Shown here: piece by piece, positions 35,158 to 43,469 of the stretch
Layout of the letters: every line of letters starts with the position of its first letter
Numbering within the stretch: position 1 is the first letter of the stretch
Assembly (NCBI GenBank): GCA_031402225.1
Contig: JANNSD010000023.1
Span: 11,612 to 75,611, forward strand
Reading direction: 5' to 3'
Source: Gemmatimonadota bacterium
Lineage (GTDB): Bacteria > Gemmatimonadota > Gemmatimonadetes > Gemmatimonadales > GWC2-71-9
DNA length: 64,000 bases
Translations under genes and position numbers: made by a program
The notes under the pieces: generated by a model
Seen by the model: the letters and a program-made list of their open reading frames with translations, nothing else
Database searches by the model: none
What the model was told of the DNA's origin: nothing

Positions 35158-35889
35158 ATGGAACTGGCCGGCCGCGTTGCCCTGGTGACGGGCGCGGGGC
35201 GGCGGCTCGGGCGCGCGTTCGCCGAGGCACTCGCCGGGCGCGGCATGACAATGGCGCTCCATTACAACGCATCGCGCGATGGCGCCGAGTCGCTGCGCGC
35301 CGACATCGTGGTGCGCGGTGGCCGGGCCCTCTGCTTCCAGTCCGATCTCGCCGATGCCGAGTCCGCGCGCGCGCTGCCTGGTCGGGTCGCGGCGGAGTTC
35401 GGGCAGCTCGATGTCCTGGTCAATTCCGCCGCCGTCATGCATCACATCGGGTTCGAGGACACGACGCCCGACCTGTACGACCAGGTCCTCAACCTGAACC
35501 TCCGATCCCTCTTCTTCGTGTCGCAGGGCGCAGCCCCGTTCCTCCGCCGGGCCCGCGGCAAGATCGTGAACCTGGCCGACCTGGGCGGGCTCGAGCCGTG
35601 GCCGGGATACGCTGCGCATTCCGTCAGCAAGGCTGGGGTGGTCATGCTCACCCGGGTGCTGGCCCGCAGCCTTGCCCCCGAGGTGACGGTGAACGCCATC
35701 GCACCGGGGGCCGTGCTCGTGCCGGACGACTATTCCGACGCTGAGCGGACCCGCCTGGCGGACTCGACGCCGCTCCGGCGCCTGGGACAGCCGGACGATG
35801 CCGTCCAGGCGCTCCTGTACCTGCTGGAGCACGCCGACTTCGTGACGGGCGACGTGCTGGTCGTCGACGGCGGGCGGGTCCTGAGGTAG
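35158..35889 (+). CDS. Short-chain dehydrogenase/reductase (SDR, pteridine-reductase-like pattern)
   Basis: 243-aa ORF: VTGAGRRLG, NSAAV, YAAHSVSKAGV (Y-x3-K, shifted pattern), PGAV. Confidence 0.85.
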   Translation: MELAGRVALVTGAGRRLGRAFAEALAGRGMTMALHYNASRDGAESLRADIVVRGGRALCFQSDLADAESARALPGRVAAEFGQLDVLVNSAAVMHHIGFEDTTPDLYDQVLNLNLRSLFFVSQGAAPFLRRARGKIVNLADLGGLEPWPGYAAHSVSKAGVVMLTRVLARSLAPEVTVNAIAPGAVLVPDDYSDAERTRLADSTPLRRLGQPDDAVQALLYLLEHADFVTGDVLVVDGGRVLR

Positions 35890-35924
35890 CGCTATATTCC
35901 ACGCGGGCCTTTCGGGAGTGTTGC

Positions 35925-36902
35925 ATGGCAGGTCGAGAGCAATATGAAGTTGTCATTGTCGGCGGCGGGCCCGCTGGGCTCTGCGCCGCCATGTATGGCG
36001 GGCGCGGCATGCTCCGCACCGTGCTGCTGGAGCGTGGTGTGCCCGGCGGCGAACTGCTGAATACCGAGTGGATCGAGGACTATCCCGGTTTTCTCAAGGT
36101 GAAGGGCCGCGAGCTGGCCGACCTCATGACCCAGCACGCGCTGCAGTTCGGCGCCGAGATCCGGCAGGAGAACGCGGAGCACATCGTACGCCGTCCGGAC
36201 GGCATGTTCGAGGTCACCACGTCGCTGGGGACGATCTTCGAGGCGCCGGCGGTCATTATCACGGCGGGCGGGACGCCGCTCAAGCTGGAGGTCCCTGGCG
36301 AGCTGGAATACGCCGGGCGGGGTGTGTCCTACTGCGCGGTCTGCGACGGGGCGTTCTTCAAGGGCGAAACGATCGTGGTGATCGGTGGTGGCGACGCTGC
36401 CGTGGAGGAAGCCGACTACCTGACGCGTTATGCCGAGAAGGTGTACCTCATCCACCGGCGGAGCGAGCTCCGCGCGTCGAAGATCCTGCAGGAGCGGCTC
36501 TTCCGGAACCCGAAGATCGAGGTGGTCTGGAACAAGCGGGTCCTGGAACTGTTCGGCGACCCGTCCGGCCTCAAGACGGTCGCCCTGGAGGATACGGAGA
36601 CCGGTCTGCTCTCCGAGCTCAAGGCGACGGGCTGCTTCGTGTTCATCGGCTTCCGCCCGAACTCCGGGATCGTGCAGGGGCACTTCGCCCATGACGCCAA
36701 CGGCTACATGATCACCGACGACCGCATGATGACCTCCATTCCGGGGCTCTTCGCCGCCGGTGATCTCCGGGTGCAGCTCACCCGGCAGGTCACGACCGCG
36801 GTGGGCGATGCGACCACGGCCGCGATCGCCGTCGAGAAATACCTCACGGAGCGCCGCCAGTTGGCGGTCGGGGCAGGGGCGGGGGCCCACGCTGGTGTCT
36901 GA
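35925..36902 (+). CDS. trxB: Thioredoxin-disulfide reductase
   Basis: 325-aa ORF: VVIVGGGPAG, the redox-active GVSYCAVCDG, GGGDAAVEEADYL, and GLFAAGD. Confidence 0.92.
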   Translation: MAGREQYEVVIVGGGPAGLCAAMYGGRGMLRTVLLERGVPGGELLNTEWIEDYPGFLKVKGRELADLMTQHALQFGAEIRQENAEHIVRRPDGMFEVTTSLGTIFEAPAVIITAGGTPLKLEVPGELEYAGRGVSYCAVCDGAFFKGETIVVIGGGDAAVEEADYLTRYAEKVYLIHRRSELRASKILQERLFRNPKIEVVWNKRVLELFGDPSGLKTVALEDTETGLLSELKATGCFVFIGFRPNSGIVQGHFAHDANGYMITDDRMMTSIPGLFAAGDLRVQLTRQVTTAVGDATTAAIAVEKYLTERRQLAVGAGAGAHAGV

Positions 36903-37542
36903 GCTGGTGGTGCGGAAATTCACCAACGGGCGCTTCGCCCAGAACAGCTACCTGCTGGGCGACCAGCAATCGCGGGTCGCCGCGCTCGTCGATCCGGGCG
37001 AGGATCCGTCGGGCCTGCTCGCCGAGGTCACGCGTGGTGGATGGCGCGTCGAGGCCATCTGGCTGACGCACGCGCACATCGATCACGTCCTTGGCGTGCC
37101 GCAAGCGAGGCGGCTCACCTCGGCGCCGGTGCTCCTGCATGGCGACGATTTACCCCTGTACGCCAACGTGCCCCAGCAGGCCACCGCGATGGGCTTCAGC
37201 GCGACCGCGTTGCCGGCGCCGGATGGCGACCTGACGGAGGGCCAGTCGCTGGCGGTGGGGCCACACCGCTTCGTGGTGCGTCACACCCCGGGACATTCGC
37301 CGGGCAGCGTGAGCTTCGTGGGCCCCGGGCTGGTGCTTGCCGGCGACGTGCTGTTCAGCGGCTCGATTGGCCGTACCGACCTTCCGGGCGGCAACTTCTT
37401 CACGCTGATGCGCAGCATCCACGCGCACCTCCTGGCCCTCCCCGATGACACCGTGCTCTACGCCGGTCACGGCGACGATTCCACCATCGGAATCGAGCGT
37501 GCCACGAACCCCTTCATTACCGGCGAGGTTCGCGCCGGATGA
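36895..37542 (+). CDS. MBL-fold metallo-hydrolase (hydroxyacylglutathione-hydrolase-like)
   Basis: GTG 36895 (8-nt overlap with the trxB stop) within ORF 36760..37542. THAHIDHVLG (H-x-H-x-DH), HTPGHSPGS, GDVLFSGSIGRTD, GHG. Confidence 0.85.
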   Translation: MSELVVRKFTNGRFAQNSYLLGDQQSRVAALVDPGEDPSGLLAEVTRGGWRVEAIWLTHAHIDHVLGVPQARRLTSAPVLLHGDDLPLYANVPQQATAMGFSATALPAPDGDLTEGQSLAVGPHRFVVRHTPGHSPGSVSFVGPGLVLAGDVLFSGSIGRTDLPGGNFFTLMRSIHAHLLALPDDTVLYAGHGDDSTIGIERATNPFITGEVRAG

Positions 37543-37561
37543 CCGCGCGCCCGGGGTCCGA

Positions 37562-38815
37562 ATGACATCCGGCGCGCTCGTCGATCAGCAGATTTTCTCA
37601 TTGGCGGCGAGCACGCCGCTCGACATTGCAGGTTCTCCCCTCCCGCCACCGCTCCGGCCCGCCAGTACGCTCGGCGTGCTGGACATCTCCGAGTACGTCG
37701 GGGAGTTCACCGGGGGCGTGCGCACCTACCTGGCGGCAAAGGCCCGCTATGTGTCCCGGCGGCCGCACCTTCGGCAGGTGTTGCTCATTCCCGGGGCCCA
37801 GGATGCCATTGTGGAGTCCGATGGCGTCCGCTGCTACCGCCTGCGCGGACCGGCAATCCCCTTCAATCCTGCCTATCGCTTCATGCTGGCGACCCGGTCG
37901 ACCAGCCGGATCGTGGCACACGAGCGTCCTGACGTGATCGAGGTGGGCAGTGCCTACTTCGCGCCCTGGCTCATTTACCGGGCCCGTCGACAGTATCAGG
38001 CGCCCGTCGTCTGGTTCTACCACGCGAACCTGCCCAGGCTGGTCGCGCCCCGCTGGGAACGCGAGCCGGCGCCGCGCCGCGCCCTCGCGCGCGCCGTCGG
38101 ATGGTATGCGCGGCGGATCGCGGCGGCGGTTGACTGCACCATCGTGGCATCCGAGTTCGCCCGGCGCGACCTCGAACGCATCGGGGTGACCAACGTGGCG
38201 CACGTGCCCCTCGGCGTTGACCTCGAGCTCTTCCATCCGGCGCCCGCGAACCTGGACCCCGCCCGCCGCCAGCGCCTCGGCCTGCCCGACCGTCCGTTTG
38301 CGCTCTATGTCGGGCGCTTTACGTCCGAGAAGCAATCCGGCCGCCTCGTGTCCGAGTGGTCCGAGGTCTATCGTCGCACCGGTGTGACGCTCGTCATGGT
38401 TGGTGACGGGCCCCTTCGACCTCAGCTCGAGGCGCTCGCGGACCCGGGCGTCAGGCTGCTGCCCTACACCCGCGCGCGCGAGACAATCGCCGACCTGCAC
38501 GCCGCCGCCGACTTCTACGTGGCCCCGGGCCCCAACGAGACGTTCGGGCTTGCCGCGCTCGAGGCGCTCGCCAGCGGAACGCCGGTGCTGTCAGTCGATG
38601 AAGGCGGTGTATCGGAGCAGGTCACGCGTTCGGGTGCGGGATTCCTCTATCATGCCGACGAACCGGGCGCGATCCTGCGTGGCGTCGAGGCGATGATGGG
38701 TGCGGATCGCGCGGCCCTCGGCCGCCTCGGGCGCACGCACGCCGAGCGCGAGCATAGCTGGGACTGCGTGTTCGATCGCATCTTCGGCGTCTACGAGGGA
38801 CTGCTCGGCCGGTGA
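37562..38815 (+). CDS. GT4-family (GT-B, retaining) glycosyltransferase
   Basis: ATG 37562 within ORF 37445..38815. N-terminal GGVRTYL-type Glyco_trans_4 region. C-terminal YVGRFTSEK, and the E-x7-E motif read as ETFGLAALEALASGTPV. Confidence 0.85.
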   Translation: MTSGALVDQQIFSLAASTPLDIAGSPLPPPLRPASTLGVLDISEYVGEFTGGVRTYLAAKARYVSRRPHLRQVLLIPGAQDAIVESDGVRCYRLRGPAIPFNPAYRFMLATRSTSRIVAHERPDVIEVGSAYFAPWLIYRARRQYQAPVVWFYHANLPRLVAPRWEREPAPRRALARAVGWYARRIAAAVDCTIVASEFARRDLERIGVTNVAHVPLGVDLELFHPAPANLDPARRQRLGLPDRPFALYVGRFTSEKQSGRLVSEWSEVYRRTGVTLVMVGDGPLRPQLEALADPGVRLLPYTRARETIADLHAAADFYVAPGPNETFGLAALEALASGTPVLSVDEGGVSEQVTRSGAGFLYHADEPGAILRGVEAMMGADRAALGRLGRTHAEREHSWDCVFDRIFGVYEGLLGR

Positions 38816-39528
38816 CCCTGCTCGCTTCCATTCACGACGTGGCACCCCCGAACCTCCTCGCGGTCAAGCGCCTCTGGCAGCTCTGCCGGGAGGTCGGCGT
38901 GGTGCCGGCCCTCCTGGTGGTGCCCGACTGGCACGGGAGCGCGCCGATCGAGCATGACGCCGAGTTCATGGCGTGGTTGCGCGGCGCGGTGGCCGACGGC
39001 GCCGAGATCCTCCTGCACGGCGAGCGGCATGACGAAGTCGGGCGGCCGCGAGCACTGGGCGACGCGGTGCGCGCCGTGGGCAGGACCGCGCGGGAGGGCG
39101 AGTGCCTCACGCTCGACGCGCCGGGGCTCGAGGCCCTTGTGGCCCGCGGCCTCGCCCGGTTGCGGGCCCTCGGTCTTTCGGCGCTCGGCTTTGTGCCGCC
39201 CGCGTGGCTGATGCGGGCGGACGCACGACCGGGCATCTTTGCGGCCGGCCTCTCGTTCGCTGAAGATGCGCGCGCGATCTACCTCGCCGCTGGACGCCGC
39301 GTGGCGTCGCCGGCGTTGCGATGGAGCACGCGCACGGCCGTCCGGGCGCGTGCGTCCGTGTCGGTGGCCGACTGGCGCTGGCGCTTCCAGCGGGGTGCAC
39401 CCGTGATGCGCATCGCGCTGCATCCAGGTGACCTGCATCATCCTGCGGTTGCCCGGTCGGTGGTGCGCGCACTGGAGCGCTGGACCGCCGATCGCCACGT
39501 GAAACCGTACGCGTCGCTCATGGCCTGA
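38812..39528 (+). CDS. DUF2334-like protein (glycoside-hydrolase/deacetylase-fold, predicted deacetylase)
   Basis: GTG 38812 overlaps the GT4 stop (GTGA). The N-terminal LLASIHDVAP, LLVVPDWHG, ILLHGERH and GFVPPAW match my recollection of the DUF2334 pattern. The assignment is from memory, not a search. Confidence 0.5.
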   Translation: MTLLASIHDVAPPNLLAVKRLWQLCREVGVVPALLVVPDWHGSAPIEHDAEFMAWLRGAVADGAEILLHGERHDEVGRPRALGDAVRAVGRTAREGECLTLDAPGLEALVARGLARLRALGLSALGFVPPAWLMRADARPGIFAAGLSFAEDARAIYLAAGRRVASPALRWSTRTAVRARASVSVADWRWRFQRGAPVMRIALHPGDLHHPAVARSVVRALERWTADRHVKPYASLMA

Positions 39529-39530
39529 CG

Positions 39531-40409
39531 ATGCACCTCTCTCCGCTGGCGGCGCACGCCATCTGCCTCGCCCTCGTCATCGCCGACCTCGTCGCGCGCA
39601 CGTACCGGCTCCAATGGCTCACGCTCGGCGTCGGTTCGCGACTCACCTTTTCCGAGAGCCTCCGCATCAACGCCTTTGCTGACGCGGGCTCCACCCTCAC
39701 CCCGATGCGCGTCGGCGGAGAGCCGGCGCGACTGGCCGGGATGCTCGCCTGTGGCGTCCCGGCAACCGCCTCGTTCGTGGCCATTGCCTACGAGGTCATT
39801 ACCGCCTGGCCGGTCCTCATCGCGGTTGGCGCGTGGATCTTTCTCGGGTATGCGCCTGAATGGTGGGCCAGCGCCGGGCCGCAACTGACGGCCTCCGTGC
39901 GCAACGCCTGGCCGTGGGCACTCGCCATCGTCCTGGTCAGCGTCGCGGCATGGCTTGGCGCGCGCCGCGTGGCGCACGCCCTGCCGCGCCAGCTCAAGCG
40001 CCCGCTTGGGCGCATTCGCGTCTACTGGCGGCGCATGCCCACCTGGCCGCTCCTCGGGAGCCTGCCGCTGTCCCTGGTGAATGTCGTCACCCGGATCGCG
40101 TTGCTGCCGGTGCTGGCACTCACGCTCCCCGATCCGCCCGCGCTCCCGGTACTCGTGGTCGGCTCATTCGCCCTCATCTATGCGCAACTCATTCTGCCGA
40201 CGCCCGGCGGGGCGGGGGCGGTGGAGTTCGGGTTTCTCGGGGGCGCGGCGGGAGATCTCGGGAATGACGGTTCCCGGTTGCTGCTGGCCTGGCGCATCTA
40301 CGCAAACGGTATCGGCACCGTACTTGGCATCTGGCTGGCCATTCGGCACTATGGCTGGCCGGCAGTGAAGGACGGCGTCGCGAGGACGTTCGGCGCCCGG
40401 CCCGGCTGA
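39531..40409 (+). CDS. Flippase-like membrane protein (LPG_synthase_TM / UPF0104-type domain)
   Basis: 292-aa ORF starting 2 nt after the previous stop, with about 8 hydrophobic segments. It contains TPMRVGGEPARL and the C-terminal LILPTPGGAGAVEFGFLGG (the PGGxG-x-E motif of this family). Confidence 0.6.
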   Translation: MHLSPLAAHAICLALVIADLVARTYRLQWLTLGVGSRLTFSESLRINAFADAGSTLTPMRVGGEPARLAGMLACGVPATASFVAIAYEVITAWPVLIAVGAWIFLGYAPEWWASAGPQLTASVRNAWPWALAIVLVSVAAWLGARRVAHALPRQLKRPLGRIRVYWRRMPTWPLLGSLPLSLVNVVTRIALLPVLALTLPDPPALPVLVVGSFALIYAQLILPTPGGAGAVEFGFLGGAAGDLGNDGSRLLLAWRIYANGIGTVLGIWLAIRHYGWPAVKDGVARTFGARPG

Positions 40410-40411
40410 GT

Positions 40412-40735
40412 TCAGGCGGGAGGCGGTCCCATCGACACCAGCATCACGGTCTGCTCGAGCGCTTCATCCACGCCATGCCGCACGCCCGCGGGCGCCCACA
40501 CCAGCGTGCCGGCCTCTGCGATCACGGTTTCCTCACCCACCGTCATTCTCGCCTTTCCGGAGAGCACAAGGTAGAATTTGTCGGCGCCCTCGTGGGCATG
40601 CAGGTGCTGCGACTGTCCTGGCCCGAAACAGTTCAGGCCGGCAAAAAGCGTCGACCCACGGGCCAGGTCGGCCTTCGTCGCCTTGGCGGGGTCGAAGTGA
40701 ATCGCGTCAGAAATTCTGGAGAAATGACTCGGCAT
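40412..40735 (-). CDS. Cupin-domain protein
   Basis: 107-aa ORF with cupin motif 1 G-x5-HxH-x3-E read as GPGQSQHLHAHEGADKFYLVLSG, and motif 2 GTLVWAPAGVRHG. Confidence 0.75.
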   Translation of the reverse strand: MPSHFSRISDAIHFDPAKATKADLARGSTLFAGLNCFGPGQSQHLHAHEGADKFYLVLSGKARMTVGEETVIAEAGTLVWAPAGVRHGVDEALEQTVMLVSMGPPPA

Positions 40736-40800
40736 GCTGCTGCTCCCGTTCGCGACGTTCGCCCCGCAATGATGGTTCCCCGGCCATTGGCGCTCCTGGC

Positions 40801-42219
40801 ATGACCACGCGCATCGAGCACGACCCGCTGGGCGAAAAGGCCGTGCCGGCCGCCGCCCTCTACGGCATCCAGACCCTCCGCGCCGCCGAAAACTTCCCCA
40901 TTTCGGGGCTCCGGCCGCTGCCGGAGTTCGTGGATGCCGTGGTGTGGATCAAGCGCAGCGCGGCCCTGACCCACCGCGAGACGGGCCGGCTCGAAGCCCG
41001 CCTCGCCGACGCCATCGTGCAGGCCGCCGACGAGGTACTTGGCGGACAGCACCGCGACCAGTTCATCGTGGATGTGTACCAGGCGGGGGCCGGCACCAGT
41101 CACAACATGAACGTTAACGAGGTGCTGGCAAACCGGGCGAACGAGCTGCTGGGCTTCGAGCGGGGCACGTATGCGCCGGTGCACCCGAACGATCACGTGA
41201 ACATGGCGCAGAGCACGAACGACGTGATCCCGACCGCCATGCGGCTCGCGACCCTGGCCATGCTCCGTCCCTTCCTCGCCGCCGTCGACATCCTGGCCGA
41301 GTCCCTCCTGAAGAAGGGCCGCGAGTTCGATCACATCGTCAAGTCGGGCCGCACCCACCTCCAGGATGCCACGCCGATCCGTCTGGGCCAGGAGTTCACC
41401 GCGTTCGGCGCCACGGTTGCGCGACACCGCGAAAAGCTCACCCGCGCCGCGGAGTGGCTGCGCGACCTCAACATCGGGGGCACGGCGGTCGGCACCGGCC
41501 TCAATGCCGAACCGCAGTACCCCGAGTTGATGTGGAAGTACCTCGAGGAAGTGAGCGACCTGGACCTGCGGCTGGGAGAGGATCGCATCCAGCTCATGCA
41601 GTCGATGGGAGACATCGCGACCTTCAGCGGCGTGGTGCGGGCGTTCGTCCTCGACCTGAACAAGATCGCGAACGACATCCGCCTCCTCGCGTCCGGTCCC
41701 CGCACCGGACTCGCCGAGATCATCCTGCCGGCAGTGCAGCCGGGCTCCAGCATCATGCCCGGCAAGGTCAACCCGTCCATCGCTGAAATGGTGAACCAGG
41801 TCTGCTACCAGGCGCTCGGCCTGGATACCACGGTCGCCATGGCGTCGGAGGCCGGGCAACTCGAGCTCAACGTCATGATGCCGGTGATTACCCACAACGT
41901 CGTGTTCAGCCTCATGATCGTCGGCAACGCGTCCCGCGTGTTCGCCGAACGCTGCATCGACGGCATCGAGGCCGATGAAAAAGCCTGCGCCTACTGGCTG
42001 GAACGGAGCCCGGCGCTGGTCACCGCGCTGGCGCCCAAGCTTGGGTACGCGGAGGCCGCCAAGCTCGCCAAGGAGGCGATCGCCACCGGGCTCACGGTCC
42101 GGGAGCTCGTGGTCAAGAAGGGCCTCCTGGCAGGTTCCGAGCTCGACCAGATCCTTGACCTGCGGGCCATGACGGAGATCGGCATTCCGGGCGGCAAGCC
42201 GCTTCCCGGTGGCGGCTGA
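40801..42219 (+). CDS. aspA: Aspartate ammonia-lyase (class II fumarase/aspartase superfamily)
   Basis: 472-aa ORF with the superfamily signature GSSIMPGKVNP. YQAGAGTSHNMNVNEVLANRA and the N-terminal EHDPLGEKAVPAAALYGIQTLRAAENF resemble aspartases more than FumC. Assigning it to fumarase rather than aspartase cannot be excluded. Confidence 0.8.
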   Translation: MTTRIEHDPLGEKAVPAAALYGIQTLRAAENFPISGLRPLPEFVDAVVWIKRSAALTHRETGRLEARLADAIVQAADEVLGGQHRDQFIVDVYQAGAGTSHNMNVNEVLANRANELLGFERGTYAPVHPNDHVNMAQSTNDVIPTAMRLATLAMLRPFLAAVDILAESLLKKGREFDHIVKSGRTHLQDATPIRLGQEFTAFGATVARHREKLTRAAEWLRDLNIGGTAVGTGLNAEPQYPELMWKYLEEVSDLDLRLGEDRIQLMQSMGDIATFSGVVRAFVLDLNKIANDIRLLASGPRTGLAEIILPAVQPGSSIMPGKVNPSIAEMVNQVCYQALGLDTTVAMASEAGQLELNVMMPVITHNVVFSLMIVGNASRVFAERCIDGIEADEKACAYWLERSPALVTALAPKLGYAEAAKLAKEAIATGLTVRELVVKKGLLAGSELDQILDLRAMTEIGIPGGKPLPGGG

Positions 42220-42267
42220 GCCGCTCACAAGCTTGTCGGCCCCCCGGAATTCGGAGATATTGGCCTC

Positions 42268-42729
42268 ATGCGCGTTACCACCTGGACAGAGTACTCCCTG
42301 CTCATCTCGCTCCACCTCGCCAGGCGAGGCCGGAGCAGCCCGTCGCCGGTGGCCGCCCGCGAGCTGGCTGACACGGAGCGGCTGCCGCCGGACTATGTGG
42401 AGCAGATCCTCCTGCGGCTCAGGCGGGCCGGGCTGGTGGAGAGTGTGCGCGGCGCGCGCGGTGGGTACCTGCTGGCGCGGCAGCCGTCGGACATCTCGGT
42501 GCGCGATGTCATGCAGGCATCCGAGCACCAGACCTTCGAGGTGAACTGTGACACCCACCCGGTGGACAGCGAGCGTTGTGCCGGCGAGGCGCCCTGCAGC
42601 ATCCGGCCCGTCTGGTTCGCGCTCCAGCAGCGCATCGATGACTTCCTCACGAGTGTAAGCCTGGCCGACCTGCTGCACGACGAGGCCCGGGTGCAGGATC
42701 TGGTGACGCTCACGTCCAGCGCCAGCTGA
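42268..42729 (+). CDS. Rrf2-family transcriptional regulator (IscR/NsrR-like, three-Cys cluster)
   Basis: 153-aa ORF: MRVTTWTEYSLLISLHLA..., wHTH PPDYVEQILLRLRRAGLVESVRGARGGYLLA, and the Cys triad in NCDTHPVDSERCAGEAPCSIR. Confidence 0.85.
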   Translation: MRVTTWTEYSLLISLHLARRGRSSPSPVAARELADTERLPPDYVEQILLRLRRAGLVESVRGARGGYLLARQPSDISVRDVMQASEHQTFEVNCDTHPVDSERCAGEAPCSIRPVWFALQQRIDDFLTSVSLADLLHDEARVQDLVTLTSSAS

Positions 42730-42751
42730 CAGCCTCGCACCGCACGAAAAC

Positions 42752-42780
42752 GGGCCCGGTCGCTGGGTGCGACCGGGCCC
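42752..42780. terminator. Perfect 12-bp GC hairpin between the Rrf2 gene and tRNA-Leu (bidirectional terminator candidate)
   Basis: GGGCCCGGTCGC-TGGGT-GCGACCGGGCCC, flanked by AAAAC on the left and TTCTCG on the right. Confidence 0.6.
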
Positions 42781-42809
42781 TTCTCGCAACTGCTGCTTTG
42801 GGTATCCAG

Positions 42810-42893
42810 TGCCGAAGGGGGGACTCGAACCCCCACGGGCTTGCGCCCACTGCGCCCTGAACGCAGCGCGTCTACCAGTTCCACCACTCCGGC
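42810..42893 (-). tRNA. tRNA-Leu (anticodon CAG), long variable arm, no encoded CCA
   Basis: Reverse complement GCCGGAGTGGTGGAACTGGTAGACGCGCTGCGTTCAGGGCGCAGTGGGCGCAAGCCCGTGGGGGTTCGAGTCCCCCCTTCGGCA. It has a 7-bp acceptor stem, anticodon stem CTGCG/CGCAG with loop TTCAGGG, a long extra arm, and T-arm GGGGG-TTCGAGT-CCCCC. Confidence 0.9.
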
Positions 42894-42942
42894 GAAGGGC
42901 GGTAAACGTATCACGCAGTGTGAGACGCGGCAAGCAGTTTGG

Positions 42943-42971
42943 TTGACCATGCCGAAGTGGGGGCCTATCCT
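42943..42971 (+). promoter_or_regulatory. Putative sigma70-type promoter of smpB (TTGACC-N17-TATCCT)
   Basis: TTGACC at 42943-42948, a 17-nt spacer, then TATCCT at 42966-42971. The predicted start lies only about 6 nt upstream of ATG 42984, implying a very short leader. Confidence 0.35.
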
Positions 42972-42983
42972 TCACTCGCAACG

Positions 42984-43469
42984 ATGGTTACGCCTTCGAA
43001 GTCCCCCGCGGAAGACAAGCTCTTCGTGGCCCGGAATCCCCGGGCGTCCTACGACTATCACATCCTCGATACCTGGGAGGCGGGCCTCGTCCTGACCGGC
43101 ACCGAGGTGAAGTCGCTGCGGTCCGGCAAGGCGTCCATCAAGGAGGCCTACGGCCGGGTTCGCAACGGGGAAGTGTTCGTGGACGGGCTCAACATTACGC
43201 CGTACGCCCAGGGCGGGCACTACAACCACGACCCGATGCGGACCCGGAAGCTGCTGCTCCATCGCAAGGAGATCGAACGGCTGATCGGGGCAACCGAGCA
43301 GAAGGGCCTCACGCTGGTGCCGCTCGAGCTCTATTTCCGCCGCGGGCGAATCAAGCTGCTCGTGGGGCTTGGACGCGGCAAGAAGCACCACGACCGCCGT
43401 GAAGACGTGAAGAAGCGCATGGCAGAGCGCGACGTCGCCCGCGCCCTGTCCAACCGGAGCCGCGAATGA
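42984..43469 (+). CDS. smpB: SsrA-binding protein
   Basis: ATG 42984 within ORF 42939..43469: ARNPRASYDYHILDTWEAGLVLTGTEVKSLR, FVDGLNITPY, and RTRKLLLHRKEIERL with a C-terminal basic tail. Confidence 0.9.
   Translation: MVTPSKSPAEDKLFVARNPRASYDYHILDTWEAGLVLTGTEVKSLRSGKASIKEAYGRVRNGEVFVDGLNITPYAQGGHYNHDPMRTRKLLLHRKEIERLIGATEQKGLTLVPLELYFRRGRIKLLVGLGRGKKHHDRREDVKKRMAERDVARALSNRSRE

Noticed and set aside
40633-42981. A 782-aa minus-strand ORF covering the aspartase and Rrf2 genes and running through the tRNA-Leu.
   Set aside because: It is antisense to two genes with unambiguous family signatures and crosses a tRNA gene. Its composition is typical of high-GC antisense frames.
42730-42983. tRNA-Leu as a possible integration site of a genomic island.
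   Set aside because: There is no integrase, no direct repeat of the tRNA 3' end, and no compositional shift. The flanking genes (Rrf2, smpB, amidase) are housekeeping-like.
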